Assembly (NCBI GenBank): GCA_026026165.1
Contig: JAPEUD010000050.1
Span: 124,001 to 188,000 of the forward strand
DNA length: 64,000 nucleotides
DNA from: Sarea resinae
Taxonomy: Eukaryota
Reading direction: 5' to 3'
Part shown: positions 63,927 to 64,000 of the stretch, piece by piece
Layout of the letters: the number at the start of each line of letters is the position of its first letter
Position numbering within the stretch: the first letter of the stretch is position 1
Notes under the pieces: model-generated
What the model saw: the letters and a program-made list of their open reading frames with translations, nothing else
The model's database searches: none
Told to the model about the DNA's origin: nothing
Translations under genes and position numbers: made by a program

Positions 63927-64000
63927 CTTGCTGTCTGTCTGTTGACTTTTACGGCGTCTTGATCTATACTCGGACGTATTTGGAAGCATGTTTTGAAGGC

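Overview
Intron-containing genomic DNA from a filamentous ascomycete (Pezizomycotina). It shows GT..CTRAC..YAG introns of mostly 45-90 nt and fungus-specific gene families. I can support 16 protein-coding genes, in order: (1) a conserved Ser/Thr-rich fungal protein running off the left edge and missed by the ORF track; (2) MLH3; (3) an SH3-RasGEF; (4) Mediator MED5; (5) an F-box protein; (6) a conserved 261-aa hypothetical protein; (7) an aldo-keto reductase; (8) NADP-glutamate dehydrogenase (gdhA); (9) a bZIP-DUF3425 transcription factor; (10) a Cys-rich single-pass surface protein; (11) an Mtr-type amino-acid permease; (12) a hexose transporter; (13) mitochondrial glycerol-3-phosphate dehydrogenase (GUT2); (14) a PTH11-like/FucP fusion; (15) a second aldo-keto reductase; (16) an AROM-derived type I dehydroquinase-like protein. 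The most interesting object is the gene at 55343-58080. It fuses a PTH11-like 7TM receptor domain in one reading frame to a FucP-type MFS sugar transporter whose proton-coupling Asp (E. coli FucP D46 equivalent) is replaced by Gln, making it a candidate sugar 'transceptor'. Other notable items are the AROM derivative with an apparently intact dehydroquinase but dead shikimate dehydrogenase, a dense CreA-site cluster, recurrent intergenic palindromes, two TpA-rich microsatellite islands between convergent genes, and a 9.4-kb gene-free stretch. I recognised no tRNA, rRNA, CRISPR array or intact transposon. All family assignments are by-eye motif recognition, not database searches.
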